Positions 9,019 through 17,612 of a DNA stretch of 64,000 nt are shown in pieces. The DNA comes from Patescibacteria group bacterium. Lineage in GTDB: Bacteria > Patescibacteriota > Patescibacteriia > SG8-24 > DYFX01. Made by a program: the position numbers and the translations under genes. The first letter of the stretch is position 1. The number at the start of each line of letters is the position of its first letter. The notes under the pieces were generated by a model. That model had not been told where the DNA came from. It ran no database searches and worked only from the letters and a program-made list of their open reading frames with translations. The stretch covers positions 582,270 to 646,269 of the forward strand of contig JBAZZB010000001.1 of NCBI GenBank assembly GCA_041659045.1, given 5' to 3'.

Positions 9019-9146
9019 TTCAGTTTGAAATTCTTCGGAACGCCTTTGATTCTCTTAAGAGACGCCTGTCCTCGGAAAGAACTCGGCGTGCGGTATCCCG
9101 GACCTTTGCGATTGCCGCCGAAGGTGCGAGAGTTATTCTTACTCAT
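9015..9146 (-). CDS. Small, highly basic 43-aa protein, translationally coupled to pyrH
   Basis: MSKNNSRTFGGNRKGPGYRTPSSFRGQASLKRIKGVPKNFKLK. The ATG is 2 nt after the upstream stop, and its TGA overlaps the pyrH ATG (ATGA). Confidence 0.4.
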   Translation of the reverse strand: MSKNNSRTFGGNRKGPGYRTPSSFRGQASLKRIKGVPKNFKLK

Positions 9147-9858
9147 GGCGCGAAAGCTCGAGACGCGCAATGTTCTCGACGTAGCGCTTGGAGAGCTCCT
9201 CCCCCGCCACGGCATGCATCGAATCCGCCTCGCGCGCGAAAACGACGGTTGAACCAAGCACGGAGAGTACGAAGGCTGCCGTAAAGCGATCCGAAGGACC
9301 CATCGACATAAGCACCGCCAACGCGGCGAGAAGCGCGATGCCGATCAAGCCGTTTGAAAGCTGCTTCGGCAAACTGCCGCTCCATAATTCTTGAATACGC
9401 TGGCGCGCGCCCGCGACGACACCGGCCGCCTCGAGCAAATCACGATAGAGCACGCGCTCTTTTTCGCTATCGAGACTCGGGATTTGGTAGAGGTGATAGC
9501 TGAGCTTGCGGAAGTGGCCGTTCGTCTCCTGATACTGCGAGAACCCTTTCTTGTCGAAGGCGGTGAGGTAGGCGTAGAGGTGTCCGTGCATGTCGGTGAA
9601 CCACTGGCGATGCTTCGTTTCGGCGCCAAGATTCTTTCCGAGGTGATAGACGCGTCGGAGCTTGTTGAGCTCGATCGCGATCCACTCAGCAAGTTTGTCG
9701 TGTCGCGTGAGTGCGCGTTGAACAACCACCGCGAGCAAGAGGGCCGCGGTCAGAACAGCTCCCGCAGCCAATCCGGCTGAACCAGCTGAGACGGGCGCGA
9801 AGGACGCCACGATGAATGAGGCGACCACGATTGCGAGCATGCGCTTGGTCATCGACAT
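9139..9858 (-). CDS. Hypothetical membrane protein (4 TM)
   Basis: Hydrophobic N- and C-terminal segments. Start MSMTKRMLAIVVASFIV. Confidence 0.6.
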   Translation of the reverse strand: MSMTKRMLAIVVASFIVASFAPVSAGSAGLAAGAVLTAALLLAVVVQRALTRHDKLAEWIAIELNKLRRVYHLGKNLGAETKHRQWFTDMHGHLYAYLTAFDKKGFSQYQETNGHFRKLSYHLYQIPSLDSEKERVLYRDLLEAAGVVAGARQRIQELWSGSLPKQLSNGLIGIALLAALAVLMSMGPSDRFTAAFVLSVLGSTVVFAREADSMHAVAGEELSKRYVENIARLELSRHE

Positions 9859-9861
9859 AGA

Positions 9862-10203
9862 CTAGTCGTTTTGAAGCAAACTATTGGTAAGCCAGCTCAT
9901 CACCCACAAGACGAGCGCGCCGAGCAGGGCGGGCACGAAACCGTCGATCGTGAACCCTTTGACCACGCTTGAGACCATCCACAGCAAAAGCGCGTTGATC
10001 ACAAAGGTGAAGAGTCCGAGCGTGACGATCGTGATCGGCAAGGTGAGCAAGATCAAGAGCGGGCGGATAAGAGCATTCACGACACCGAGCACGAGCGCGG
10101 CGATCAGCGCAGCGTAAAAACCGGCGACATGCACGCCCGGAACCACATAGGCCACGAGAAGCAGCGCCAGCGCATTGAGTACCCAACGAAGAAGTAGTTG
10201 CAT
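9862..10203 (-). CDS. Phage-holin-family-like 4-TM small membrane protein
   Basis: MQLLLRWVLNALALLLVAYVVPGVHVAGFYAALIAALVLGVVNALIRPLL...; 113 aa with four TM helices. Confidence 0.5.
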   Translation of the reverse strand: MQLLLRWVLNALALLLVAYVVPGVHVAGFYAALIAALVLGVVNALIRPLLILLTLPITIVTLGLFTFVINALLLWMVSSVVKGFTIDGFVPALLGALVLWVMSWLTNSLLQND

Positions 10204-10204
10204 A

Positions 10205-10471
10205 TTAGAGAAGGCGGGTTTGATCTTCCTCTTCCGTTTCCGGAAGTGCGGCGTCCTCTGCGAATCCGGAAAACTTTTCCTTAATTTGAGTCACTTTATT
10301 TTCAACCTCCGCCAAGCGCCCGCGGCACTTTTTGGCGAGTTCGAGACCGCGCTCAAACTTCTTCAAACCCTCTTCAAGATCGACTTCGGACGACTCGAAC
10401 CAACGGACGATCTCTTCGAGTTCCTTGAAGGCTTCAGCGAAGTTGGCTTTCTTGGCTTCCTTTGCAGACAT
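10205..10471 (-). CDS. xseB: Exodeoxyribonuclease VII small subunit
   Basis: MSAKEAKKANFAEAFKELEEIVRWFESSEVDLEEGLKKFERGLELAKKCRGRLAEVENKV. The start is at M38 of ORF 10205..10582, 1 nt after the xseA stop. Confidence 0.85.
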   Translation of the reverse strand: MSAKEAKKANFAEAFKELEEIVRWFESSEVDLEEGLKKFERGLELAKKCRGRLAEVENKVTQIKEKFSGFAEDAALPETEEEDQTRLL

Positions 10472-10472
10472 A

Positions 10473-11684
10473 TCAGTGTGTTTCTGTGACTTCGGCCTCA
10501 AGCGTTCCTGCAGATAATTGTACGGCAAGGCGCTCTCCTCTGTCCACGCGCGAGGCGTCCCGGACAAGTGCACCTTTGGCATCGCGGACGATGGCGTATC
10601 CGCGCTTCAAAACGGCACGTGGGTCGTAAGAAGACAGAAGACGCTCATCGCGTTCGACCGCTCCGGAGAGCACTTTCAGGCGGCCTTCAAAATTCGAGAG
10701 TTGCAGTTCGAGATCGGACATAACGGCGTCGAATTCGGCACGCGCCGAACGCACTTGTTCCTGCAGCTGGTGCTCAAGATCAAAAAGGCGGTGACCGAGG
10801 TGAGCAATTTCCTTTTCCAAAGCGCTTTCGATCGTGCGGACGTAGCCTTCGACTTCGCGTTCGAGATCACGACGCTCTGGCACGAGACGTTCCGCTGCGT
10901 TTGAAGGCGTCGAGGCTCGCACGTCGGCGACATAATCTGCCAGTGTTTCATCGCGTTCATGTCCAACACCAACCACGACAGGGATCTTCGAGCTGAAAAT
11001 CGCGCGCACAACTTCTTCGGAGTTAAACGCGTGAAGATCTTCCATCGCTCCCCCGCCGCGCGTGAGAACAAGGACTTCGGCGAGCTCGGGATGTGCGTTG
11101 AAGTATGCGAAAGCGCCGACGATGTCACGTACGGCTTCGCGGCCTTGCACCTGCACATGCGCCGCTTGGACGTGGAGACCACCCCAGCGATTACCGAGAA
11201 TGCGCAGGAAGTCGGTGTAGGCGGCGGACTCCGTCGAAGCGATGAGGCCGATGCGTTCGGGAAAGCGCGGCAAAGGCCGTTTGCGTCCTGGCGCGAACAA
11301 GCCTTCCGTATCCAATTTCTTTTTCAAAAGCTCGAACGCGCGTTTCAAAGCACCCTCCCCCACCATCTCGACACGATCAACGGTCACGGAAAACTTTCCA
11401 CTCTTGGCGTGCACCTTTGGAACACCGTGCACGCGCACCTTCATGCCGTCTTCAAGTGGCTGGCGCAATTGCCAGACCGTCGCGAAACACGAAATAACGG
11501 ACGTCGCATCCTTTAAGAGGAACCACACCCATTTATCCTGGCTGACGCGGTATTCCGCGACTTCGCCTTCGATCATCGCGCCATAGGGAAACACCACCTC
11601 TTCAAACGCGGCGTTTAATCCTTGAACGAATTGGCTGACGGTTAGGGCCTGGGGTTCGGACATATCGGGGGCATTGTAGCTCAA
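10473..11684 (-). CDS. xseA: Exodeoxyribonuclease VII large subunit
   Basis: N-terminal OB fold (LTVSQFVQGLN...GEVAEYRVSQDKWVWFLLKD) plus the catalytic and coiled-coil domains; 403 aa. Confidence 0.9.
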   Translation of the reverse strand: MSYNAPDMSEPQALTVSQFVQGLNAAFEEVVFPYGAMIEGEVAEYRVSQDKWVWFLLKDATSVISCFATVWQLRQPLEDGMKVRVHGVPKVHAKSGKFSVTVDRVEMVGEGALKRAFELLKKKLDTEGLFAPGRKRPLPRFPERIGLIASTESAAYTDFLRILGNRWGGLHVQAAHVQVQGREAVRDIVGAFAYFNAHPELAEVLVLTRGGGAMEDLHAFNSEEVVRAIFSSKIPVVVGVGHERDETLADYVADVRASTPSNAAERLVPERRDLEREVEGYVRTIESALEKEIAHLGHRLFDLEHQLQEQVRSARAEFDAVMSDLELQLSNFEGRLKVLSGAVERDERLLSSYDPRAVLKRGYAIVRDAKGALVRDASRVDRGERLAVQLSAGTLEAEVTETH

Positions 11685-11731
11685 ACAGGACTATTGTACG
11701 ATCTCGGCGTCCCACAATAGAGGAGGCACAC

Positions 11732-12487
11732 GTGAACAAGGACGAAATGACCATCGTTACAGGCGGAGGTCGCGGCATCGGCCGTGCCATCGCGCTGCGC
11801 ATGGCACGAGAGACGGCCGTTACCGTCGTCGGACGCACGCAGAGTGATCTGATCAGTGTGTGCCACGAGGTTGAAATGGCGGGCGGCAGTGCCCTCTTCT
11901 GTACGGGAGACGTGACTGATCCGGCTACAGCAGATCTTGCGAGTCTGGCTTGGAGCAGTCACAGGGTGCGCAATCTCGTGCTCAACGCAGGCATCGGCAA
12001 GAGCGCGCTGCCGCACGAGTACGACACGGCGCTCTTTCAATCGATCATGGACGTGAACGTCATGGGCGCTTTCCATTTCATCAAGGCCTTCGTGCCGAAG
12101 ATGATCGAGAACGGTGGCGGGAACATCATCTTGATGTCATCCGTTTCCGGGCTTGTCGGATCGAAACGGAACGCGCCGTACACCGCTTCGAAACACGCGC
12201 TCGTCGGTTTCGCCAAAGGAATGGCGCAGGACTACGGCGCGCAAGGCATCGTGACCGTCGCGATCTGTCCAGGCTACGTCGAAACGGCGATGACCGAGCG
12301 TTCGATCCAGAAGCGTGTGGAGCTTCACGGCATCAGCCGCGAAGAGGCGCGCACGAAGATCGAAAGGATCAACCCGCAACATCGATTGATTCAGCCCGAG
12401 GAGGTCGCCGAAATGATCGCGTTTGTCTGCTCCGGACTCGTTCCATCGCTTTCAGGCAGCGCCATTGTCCTGAGCGGAGGCGCATGA
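11732..12487 (+). CDS. SDR-family oxidoreductase
   Basis: TGGGRGIGRAIA Rossmann motif. GTG start with AGAGGAGG RBS. Confidence 0.8.
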   Translation: MNKDEMTIVTGGGRGIGRAIALRMARETAVTVVGRTQSDLISVCHEVEMAGGSALFCTGDVTDPATADLASLAWSSHRVRNLVLNAGIGKSALPHEYDTALFQSIMDVNVMGAFHFIKAFVPKMIENGGGNIILMSSVSGLVGSKRNAPYTASKHALVGFAKGMAQDYGAQGIVTVAICPGYVETAMTERSIQKRVELHGISREEARTKIERINPQHRLIQPEEVAEMIAFVCSGLVPSLSGSAIVLSGGA

Positions 12488-13146
12488 TGGACCCTGTCGA
12501 TCGTATTCAAGCGCTCATCAAATGGATCCGTACGACAGCAGCGTCCGCGCGGGGACTGCTCGTGCCCGTTTCGGGCGGTTCCGATTCCGCGCTCGGCTTC
12601 TGGCTCTGCGCGCAAGCGTTTCCGCAAAAGACCGTAGCGATGCACGCACAGGACGATGACGTTCTGCGCTGTCGCAACTGGTTCGACTCCGTCGGAATCG
12701 TCGTCTGCACGGAGACGCCAGGACGCAGGAATCAGCGTGAAGAGATGCGGTGGGCGCAGTTCCTGTCCTACAGCATCCGCCGAGGTCAGTGGCTCGTGGG
12801 TTGTCGGAATCGCACCGAACAGGAGCTGGGCACGTATAGCCTCGCCAGCCGTGAGATGACCTTTGCGCCGCTCATCGGCGTTTGGAAGTCGCACGTCATG
12901 GAAATGTGCGCCGCGATCAGCATGCCGCAGGAAATCATCGACTCGAGCGCCCGCGCCGATCCCGACTGCGGACGGCCGCAAGAAATGGCCGAGATTCCCT
13001 TCGCTCAGCTGGACGCCTATCTCAGGCACCGCGCCGGAGAATCCCTTGAACACCGCATGAATGATGCACAGGTTCGCTACATCGAAAGTGTCTTGGAACG
13101 CAACGCCTTCAAGAAAACGCTGCCGATCTGTGGGCTGGAGATCTGA
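12484..13146 (+). CDS. nadE: PP-loop ATP pyrophosphatase, NAD synthetase-like
   Basis: LLVPVSGGSDSALGF (SGGxDS PP-loop). In-frame start MMDPVDRIQ overlapping the SDR stop. The listed 398-aa ORF 11950..13146 is a read-through artifact. Confidence 0.6.
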   Translation: MMDPVDRIQALIKWIRTTAASARGLLVPVSGGSDSALGFWLCAQAFPQKTVAMHAQDDDVLRCRNWFDSVGIVVCTETPGRRNQREEMRWAQFLSYSIRRGQWLVGCRNRTEQELGTYSLASREMTFAPLIGVWKSHVMEMCAAISMPQEIIDSSARADPDCGRPQEMAEIPFAQLDAYLRHRAGESLEHRMNDAQVRYIESVLERNAFKKTLPICGLEI

Positions 13147-13150
13147 CGCA

Positions 13151-13178
13151 AAACGACCCGCACGGGTCGCTTTTTTCT
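13151..13178 (+). terminator. Terminator after nadE
   Basis: cgacccg-cac-cgggtcg followed by TTTTTTCTTCT. Confidence 0.65.
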
Positions 13179-13255
13179 TCTCCGTTCTGAGCATCCAAAA
13201 CTTGACGCTTGCCTCGGTTCCACAGAAGATGCAACTGGACCCGTTGGGAGGATTC

Positions 13256-13597
13256 ATGCGAACCATTACCATCTTCCACAAGCCTGGCTACGTGCACGCA
13301 TTGGGCCTGCAGGACGCGCTCTACAAGGTGTGCAATCCCAACGCCAGCGAACACGACGTGATCGCGGGCCGCGCGGGCATTCGCGTCATCAAGGAAGATC
13401 CCGCCGCTCCCACCGACACGCCAAGCGTACGGATCGAGATCGGCGGGTCTCGGGATCCTGGGCTCGAGACACTCCTGATCGAAGCGACCGAGAACGTCAT
13501 CCGGTGCAGCGCCCCACGTCACGCGGTTCAGCCGCTGGTACACGTATTCTACGCCGATCTTCCGGCGATTGAATGCGCCGATCAAGCGGTTTCGTAA
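13256..13597 (+). CDS. Hypothetical 113-aa protein
   Basis: Strong RBS GGGAGGA 5 nt before ATG (MRTITIFHKPGYVHALGL...). Confidence 0.45.
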   Translation: MRTITIFHKPGYVHALGLQDALYKVCNPNASEHDVIAGRAGIRVIKEDPAAPTDTPSVRIEIGGSRDPGLETLLIEATENVIRCSAPRHAVQPLVHVFYADLPAIECADQAVS

Positions 13598-13649
13598 ACC
13601 GTTGAAGGCCGCTGCCATCAACCTCCGCGGATCCCATCAAGGGTCCGTT

Positions 13650-14699
13650 TTATTTTTTGACGGCCGCAGTTTCAAGTATCAACACCTCGTTCAAATCGCT
13701 GACGGAAAAACCTTTGCGCATACCGCCACCAATCACGTAGACCCGATTTTTATACGTTGCGACGCCAAGTCCGTGGCGTGGATGCGGCATCTCAAGCGGA
13801 AACGACGACCACGCATCCTTGGCAGGATCATACGCGTCGATGAACGCTGGTAGTCCCGTGTCGTTGAGGCCTCCGAGTACGTGAATTTTTCCTTCGTGCA
13901 CGAACGTTCCAAACGCGCGACGTGACGCAGGCATGTCGCGAAGCGATTTCCACTCACCAACTTCCTTGAACACCTGCGTCGACAGAATATCTTTGCTTGT
14001 ACCGAAGCGTCCTCCAAAGACGAAGAGTTCCCCGTTCATAACGGCAACCTGATGACCGCGCCGTGCCGTCGGCATTGTTGGAAGACCGTTCCAGCCTTTT
14101 CGATCGAGATCGTACGCTTCGAATGCGCCGTCGGTGCCTGCCGTGGTCGTGCCACCCAAAATCACCAAACGATCGCCAACATACGCAGCGGCCGCGTCTC
14201 CACGAAAATCGTTCAGTTGTCCGAGTTCGCTCCACGAATTACGAATCGGATCGTAGGCGTACACGACATCGAGCGGGCGCGAAGAAATGCTTGTTAGCCC
14301 GCCAACAACGAAAATTTGCTTACCATCGGTCGCGACCGCGGGATGATGCAGCGCCTGAGGTAGCGGAGCGACTTCGCTCCACAAATCAGTCGGGATGTCG
14401 TAGACCAAGACGGACACGAGCGTGCGCGCGTATCCATCGTGACCCCCAATGATAAAAATTCGATCACCGACAACCACCGTGCCGAAATCAGCGCGCGCGA
14501 ACGGCATTGATGACGCGGTCTCCCAATGCGTGCCTGTGCCGCGCTGACCAATCGGTGTTGTCGTTGCTGAAGCATCTTCCTTGAACACATAGGAGACGCC
14601 CGGCAAAGCTCGCGCGCGTTCCCAATCCCAACCCTGAATGTTGCGCAGATACAAGCCGATGCCCAGTATCAGAGCGACCAGCCAAAAAAACTTTTTCAT
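13650..14699 (-). CDS. Secreted Kelch-repeat beta-propeller protein
   Basis: Signal peptide MKKFFWLVALILGIGLYL. Repeated GG...W/Y Kelch-like blades. Confidence 0.75.
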   Translation of the reverse strand: MKKFFWLVALILGIGLYLRNIQGWDWERARALPGVSYVFKEDASATTTPIGQRGTGTHWETASSMPFARADFGTVVVGDRIFIIGGHDGYARTLVSVLVYDIPTDLWSEVAPLPQALHHPAVATDGKQIFVVGGLTSISSRPLDVVYAYDPIRNSWSELGQLNDFRGDAAAAYVGDRLVILGGTTTAGTDGAFEAYDLDRKGWNGLPTMPTARRGHQVAVMNGELFVFGGRFGTSKDILSTQVFKEVGEWKSLRDMPASRRAFGTFVHEGKIHVLGGLNDTGLPAFIDAYDPAKDAWSSFPLEMPHPRHGLGVATYKNRVYVIGGGMRKGFSVSDLNEVLILETAAVKK

Positions 14700-15154
14700 C
14701 CGTTCTGATCCCAGGTTTTGCGCCCCTTCTTGATGTCAGCAAGCAAGAAACGCGCGCCCGTGTTGTCTTTCGGATTGAGCTTTACGACGGCGTTCAATCG
14801 CTTCTCCGCCTCTTTCGTATCGCCGCGGCGAAAAGCGACGAGCGCCTGGCCGTGAAGCGCGCGCAAAAGCGTGCGGTCATGCGGGGCACCCCACTCAACG
14901 TGCGTCGGCATCTTCCCCTTGTAAAACTTGAGCGCGATTTTAAGCGCCTTCTCATGCATCGCTTCCGCTTCGTCGAGACGCTTCTCGTGGAAGGCGACCG
15001 TGCCGAGGCCGTTTAAGGCGTCTGCATGATTCGCATCGGTCGCGAGCACGCCAAGAAAAGCTTCTTCCGCGTCACTCAGCGCGCCGGACTGAAGCGCTGC
15101 CCAACCTGCGGCGAAGAGATGATCGATCTCTTGAGGAGGAAGTGTGGATTTCAT
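14696..15154 (-). CDS. TPR-repeat protein
   Basis: Repeating A/L/E-rich 34-residue helical motifs. Confidence 0.65.
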   Translation of the reverse strand: MKSTLPPQEIDHLFAAGWAALQSGALSDAEEAFLGVLATDANHADALNGLGTVAFHEKRLDEAEAMHEKALKIALKFYKGKMPTHVEWGAPHDRTLLRALHGQALVAFRRGDTKEAEKRLNAVVKLNPKDNTGARFLLADIKKGRKTWDQNG

Positions 15155-15174
15155 ATTCGTAGCTCAAACTTCCT

Positions 15175-15846
15175 TTAGGGTTGAAGTGTTTCTCCAGAAC
15201 TCTTATCACCAGACACAATCTCTATGACGTCGCCCGAGGCCGCCATGCCTTGTGCGCGAGCGGTCGCCTCGATTTGCGCGCGGATCGCGCCCACCCTGCA
15301 CGAACCGGCGACACCACGATCGAGCCGAGCGTCGAAGGCGAAGCGACTACTTCCGTCTTGCGACGTGTAGTTGAGAAATTTGACGTTCGTGGGAATCGCC
15401 GATTCGTAGCCTGCCGCGCGCTCTTCTTTTGTGGGACCGTCCAGCAAAGCCTGCATGGTGGGGTAATCGTCGGGGAAGCGCACGAGCGCGCGTTCGACCG
15501 GAAAAACTTTTTCGCACGTCTGATTCGGATCAAGCTTGTCATTCAGAAAATACAATCGCACCGTTTCTTCTTTCGCTGCATCCGTACCGGGGAATTCACA
15601 CTTCTGCACGCACATCAAAATGCACGCTTCTGCATCCGGAGGGCACGCCGAAGCGCACTCGTTCCAAACACCTCCAGCGTTCTCGCACGTGTCTTTCGAC
15701 GTCGGTTGCTCCTGCTGTTGTGGCGCTCCAACGACAGGTAATCCCTCAACAGGCTCTTGCGCGTTCGTATATAACCACGCGGCAACGGCTAATATGGCAA
15801 GTGCGGCGAAAATCGCGAGAAGATGTTTAAGCGGGATTCGGTTCAT
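15175..15846 (-). CDS. Secreted GerMN-domain protein with an N-terminal Cys-rich module
   Basis: Signal peptide, then CENAGGVWNECASACPPDAEACILMCVQKCE (8 Cys), then a GerMN-like block (VRLYF...QALLDGPT...IPTNVKF). Confidence 0.6.
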   Translation of the reverse strand: MNRIPLKHLLAIFAALAILAVAAWLYTNAQEPVEGLPVVGAPQQQEQPTSKDTCENAGGVWNECASACPPDAEACILMCVQKCEFPGTDAAKEETVRLYFLNDKLDPNQTCEKVFPVERALVRFPDDYPTMQALLDGPTKEERAAGYESAIPTNVKFLNYTSQDGSSRFAFDARLDRGVAGSCRVGAIRAQIEATARAQGMAASGDVIEIVSGDKSSGETLQP

Positions 15847-15847
15847 A

Positions 15848-16177
15848 TCATTTCTTCAAACACGTTTGAACAGCAGCGGCTTCTTCAGCAGTCATCTGTC
15901 CGTCGAGAGCGGCTTGAATACGCGACGGCTTGATCGACGCTTGCAGGCAGAGCATTTGCTGCGGAGAAAGCGTCTTGGCTTGCTCGAGAAGTTGCGGCGG
16001 GATTTTCTCTTTCAACGTTTCAAGATTCAGTGCGGGGGCTTTTGGAGCCTCGCCACCTTGCACCGCGCCGAAATTCGGTTCATACACCCAAGCGAAGCTT
16101 CGCTCCGTCAGACGATAACCGGCGTATACTGACGCTCCAAACCAGAGCAGCACCAGAACAAAGGCTCCGGCCTTCAT
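15848..16177 (-). CDS. Hypothetical secreted protein (109 aa)
   Basis: Signal peptide MKAGAFVLVLLWFGASVYA. Confidence 0.45.
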   Translation of the reverse strand: MKAGAFVLVLLWFGASVYAGYRLTERSFAWVYEPNFGAVQGGEAPKAPALNLETLKEKIPPQLLEQAKTLSPQQMLCLQASIKPSRIQAALDGQMTAEEAAAVQTCLKK

Positions 16178-16178
16178 A

Positions 16179-16385
16179 TCACCGGTTCCCTTGCATGAAC
16201 GAACTGATGATTTGATCCTGCATGCCTTGCATGATCTCCGGCAACGGATTTTTCAACAGGAACCAGAGCGTTCCTCCGAGGAGGAGGCCGTAAAAAGCGA
16301 CCTGAAGCAACAACTTCAAGATCGTCAGCACTTTGATGACAGTGTCCAGACCGTTCGATTTGAGAGTAGGTGAAGTGTCTTGCAT
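16179..16385 (-). CDS. Hypothetical small membrane protein (68 aa)
   Basis: Single TM; stop/start adjacent to the downstream gene. Confidence 0.4.
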   Translation of the reverse strand: MQDTSPTLKSNGLDTVIKVLTILKLLLQVAFYGLLLGGTLWFLLKNPLPEIMQGMQDQIISSFMQGNR

Positions 16386-16425
16386 ATTGAAAGTGTACCA
16401 TGTAGCCTAGAGCCAAACCACACCT

Positions 16426-16590
16426 ATGGATGCATGCTGCAAGAACAACAAGGAGGCCGAAAAGAAGGACGAGAAGGAAAAAGAGGGCTGCTGCGCGGAG
16501 TGCCCGGACAAAGGTTGCGAAGGCTGCGAATGCTCGAAGCCTCAAAACACGTCCGGCTGCTGTGGCGGCTGTGCCTGCGAGAACCGGTAA
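16426..16590 (+). CDS. Metallothionein-like Cys-rich small protein (54 aa, 13 Cys)
   Basis: MDACCKNNKEAEKKDEKEKEGCCAECPDKGCEGCECSKPQNTSGCCGGCACENR with CC/CxC/CxxC clusters. The stop sits inside the terminator hairpin. Missed by the ORF track because it is under 60 aa. Confidence 0.55.
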   Translation: MDACCKNNKEAEKKDEKEKEGCCAECPDKGCEGCECSKPQNTSGCCGGCACENR

Positions 16591-16610
16591 TCCCGGTTCT
16601 TTCTTTTTTA
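16581..16610 (+). terminator. Terminator of the metallothionein-like gene
   Basis: gaaccgg-taatc-ccggttc followed by TTTCTTTTTTAT. Confidence 0.7.
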
Positions 16611-16641
16611 TGGTAGAATCTCCCCATAGAAGAGGTTTCGT

Positions 16642-17550
16642 ATGGCTGAATTTCTGCAGTGGTGGCACGACCTCGTAGCGCGCCTCGATGGTGAGCGCGA
16701 GCGAAAAGTTGTCGCGTTTGGCGCGATGGCTCTTTTGCTATTCCTGAGCGTCGGGCCGACGGTATTGAACGCGGTTGCGGAAACCATCGCGGCACTGCCA
16801 GAGAAACAGGCGGAGCCGGTTCCTCCCGCACCAAAAATGTACTTCGCTTCATCCCCGGAGACACCACAACCCGTTGCCGAGCCAGAAACTGAAAAAGTAG
16901 TCGTCGTGGCTGACATCCCGCCCGTACCACAACTCACTCTTCCTCCGCTCACGTTTTTATTTCCAAACGCCGGCGCGGAAGTGTTCTCCCCCGCCACCAT
17001 CGCCATGCGCGCGGAAAGCGCAACGACGGTCGCTATGCTGATCGAAGTGACGAATGCCGCAGGCGAGCGCGTCGGCACCTATTCAGCTTCGCCTTCAACG
17101 ACTGGCGAGTGGAGCGCGTTGTTCTCCGCAGAACCAGGCGAATACGTCGCGAGCGTGCGCGCGTCACTCGAGGATGGCCGGGTTGTCTCTTTCAAAGAGC
17201 AGCGCGCCTTTCGCGTACTCACGCCTGAGCCCACAATCACCCCCGCCGACCCATCAGAACCATCCGTTGATCTCCTTGCGCCGGATATGATGAGCGGCGC
17301 GTACGAAGGCATCGCGCCGCTTGCTGCCCGCGTCAAAAACGCGCAACCGAATTCGCTGATTTTTATCGTAACCTCTTCCGCCGGCGATGAAACGCTTGTT
17401 CTCGGATCCGAAGTCGGAGCAAGCGGTTACTGGACCGCCATGTTTGAAGGGCTCGACGGAACGTATCACGCGCGCGTGCGCGCCACGATTGGTGAACGAG
17501 AGGTTTTTTCCGCAGAAAACGAATTTTCATTGCTCACCGCCGACCGTTGA
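16642..17550 (+). CDS. Membrane-anchored protein with two tandem Ig-like repeats
   Basis: N-terminal TM, a Pro-rich linker, and two homologous ~100-aa repeats (…GEYVASVRASLEDGRVV… / …GTYHARVRATIGEREVF…). Confidence 0.65.
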   Translation: MAEFLQWWHDLVARLDGERERKVVAFGAMALLLFLSVGPTVLNAVAETIAALPEKQAEPVPPAPKMYFASSPETPQPVAEPETEKVVVVADIPPVPQLTLPPLTFLFPNAGAEVFSPATIAMRAESATTVAMLIEVTNAAGERVGTYSASPSTTGEWSALFSAEPGEYVASVRASLEDGRVVSFKEQRAFRVLTPEPTITPADPSEPSVDLLAPDMMSGAYEGIAPLAARVKNAQPNSLIFIVTSSAGDETLVLGSEVGASGYWTAMFEGLDGTYHARVRATIGEREVFSAENEFSLLTADR

Positions 17551-17612
17551 CGCCGTGCATGCTTTTCGGCATGCTAGCGCTGGTCACGTGACCTTCAACA
17601 AGGAGCTCTTCA

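Noticed and set aside
11950-13146. 398-aa ORF spanning the SDR and nadE region
   Set aside because: It is a read-through frame. The real genes are the SDR (frame with the Rossmann motif) and nadE starting at 12484. The N-terminal part is Arg-rich junk.
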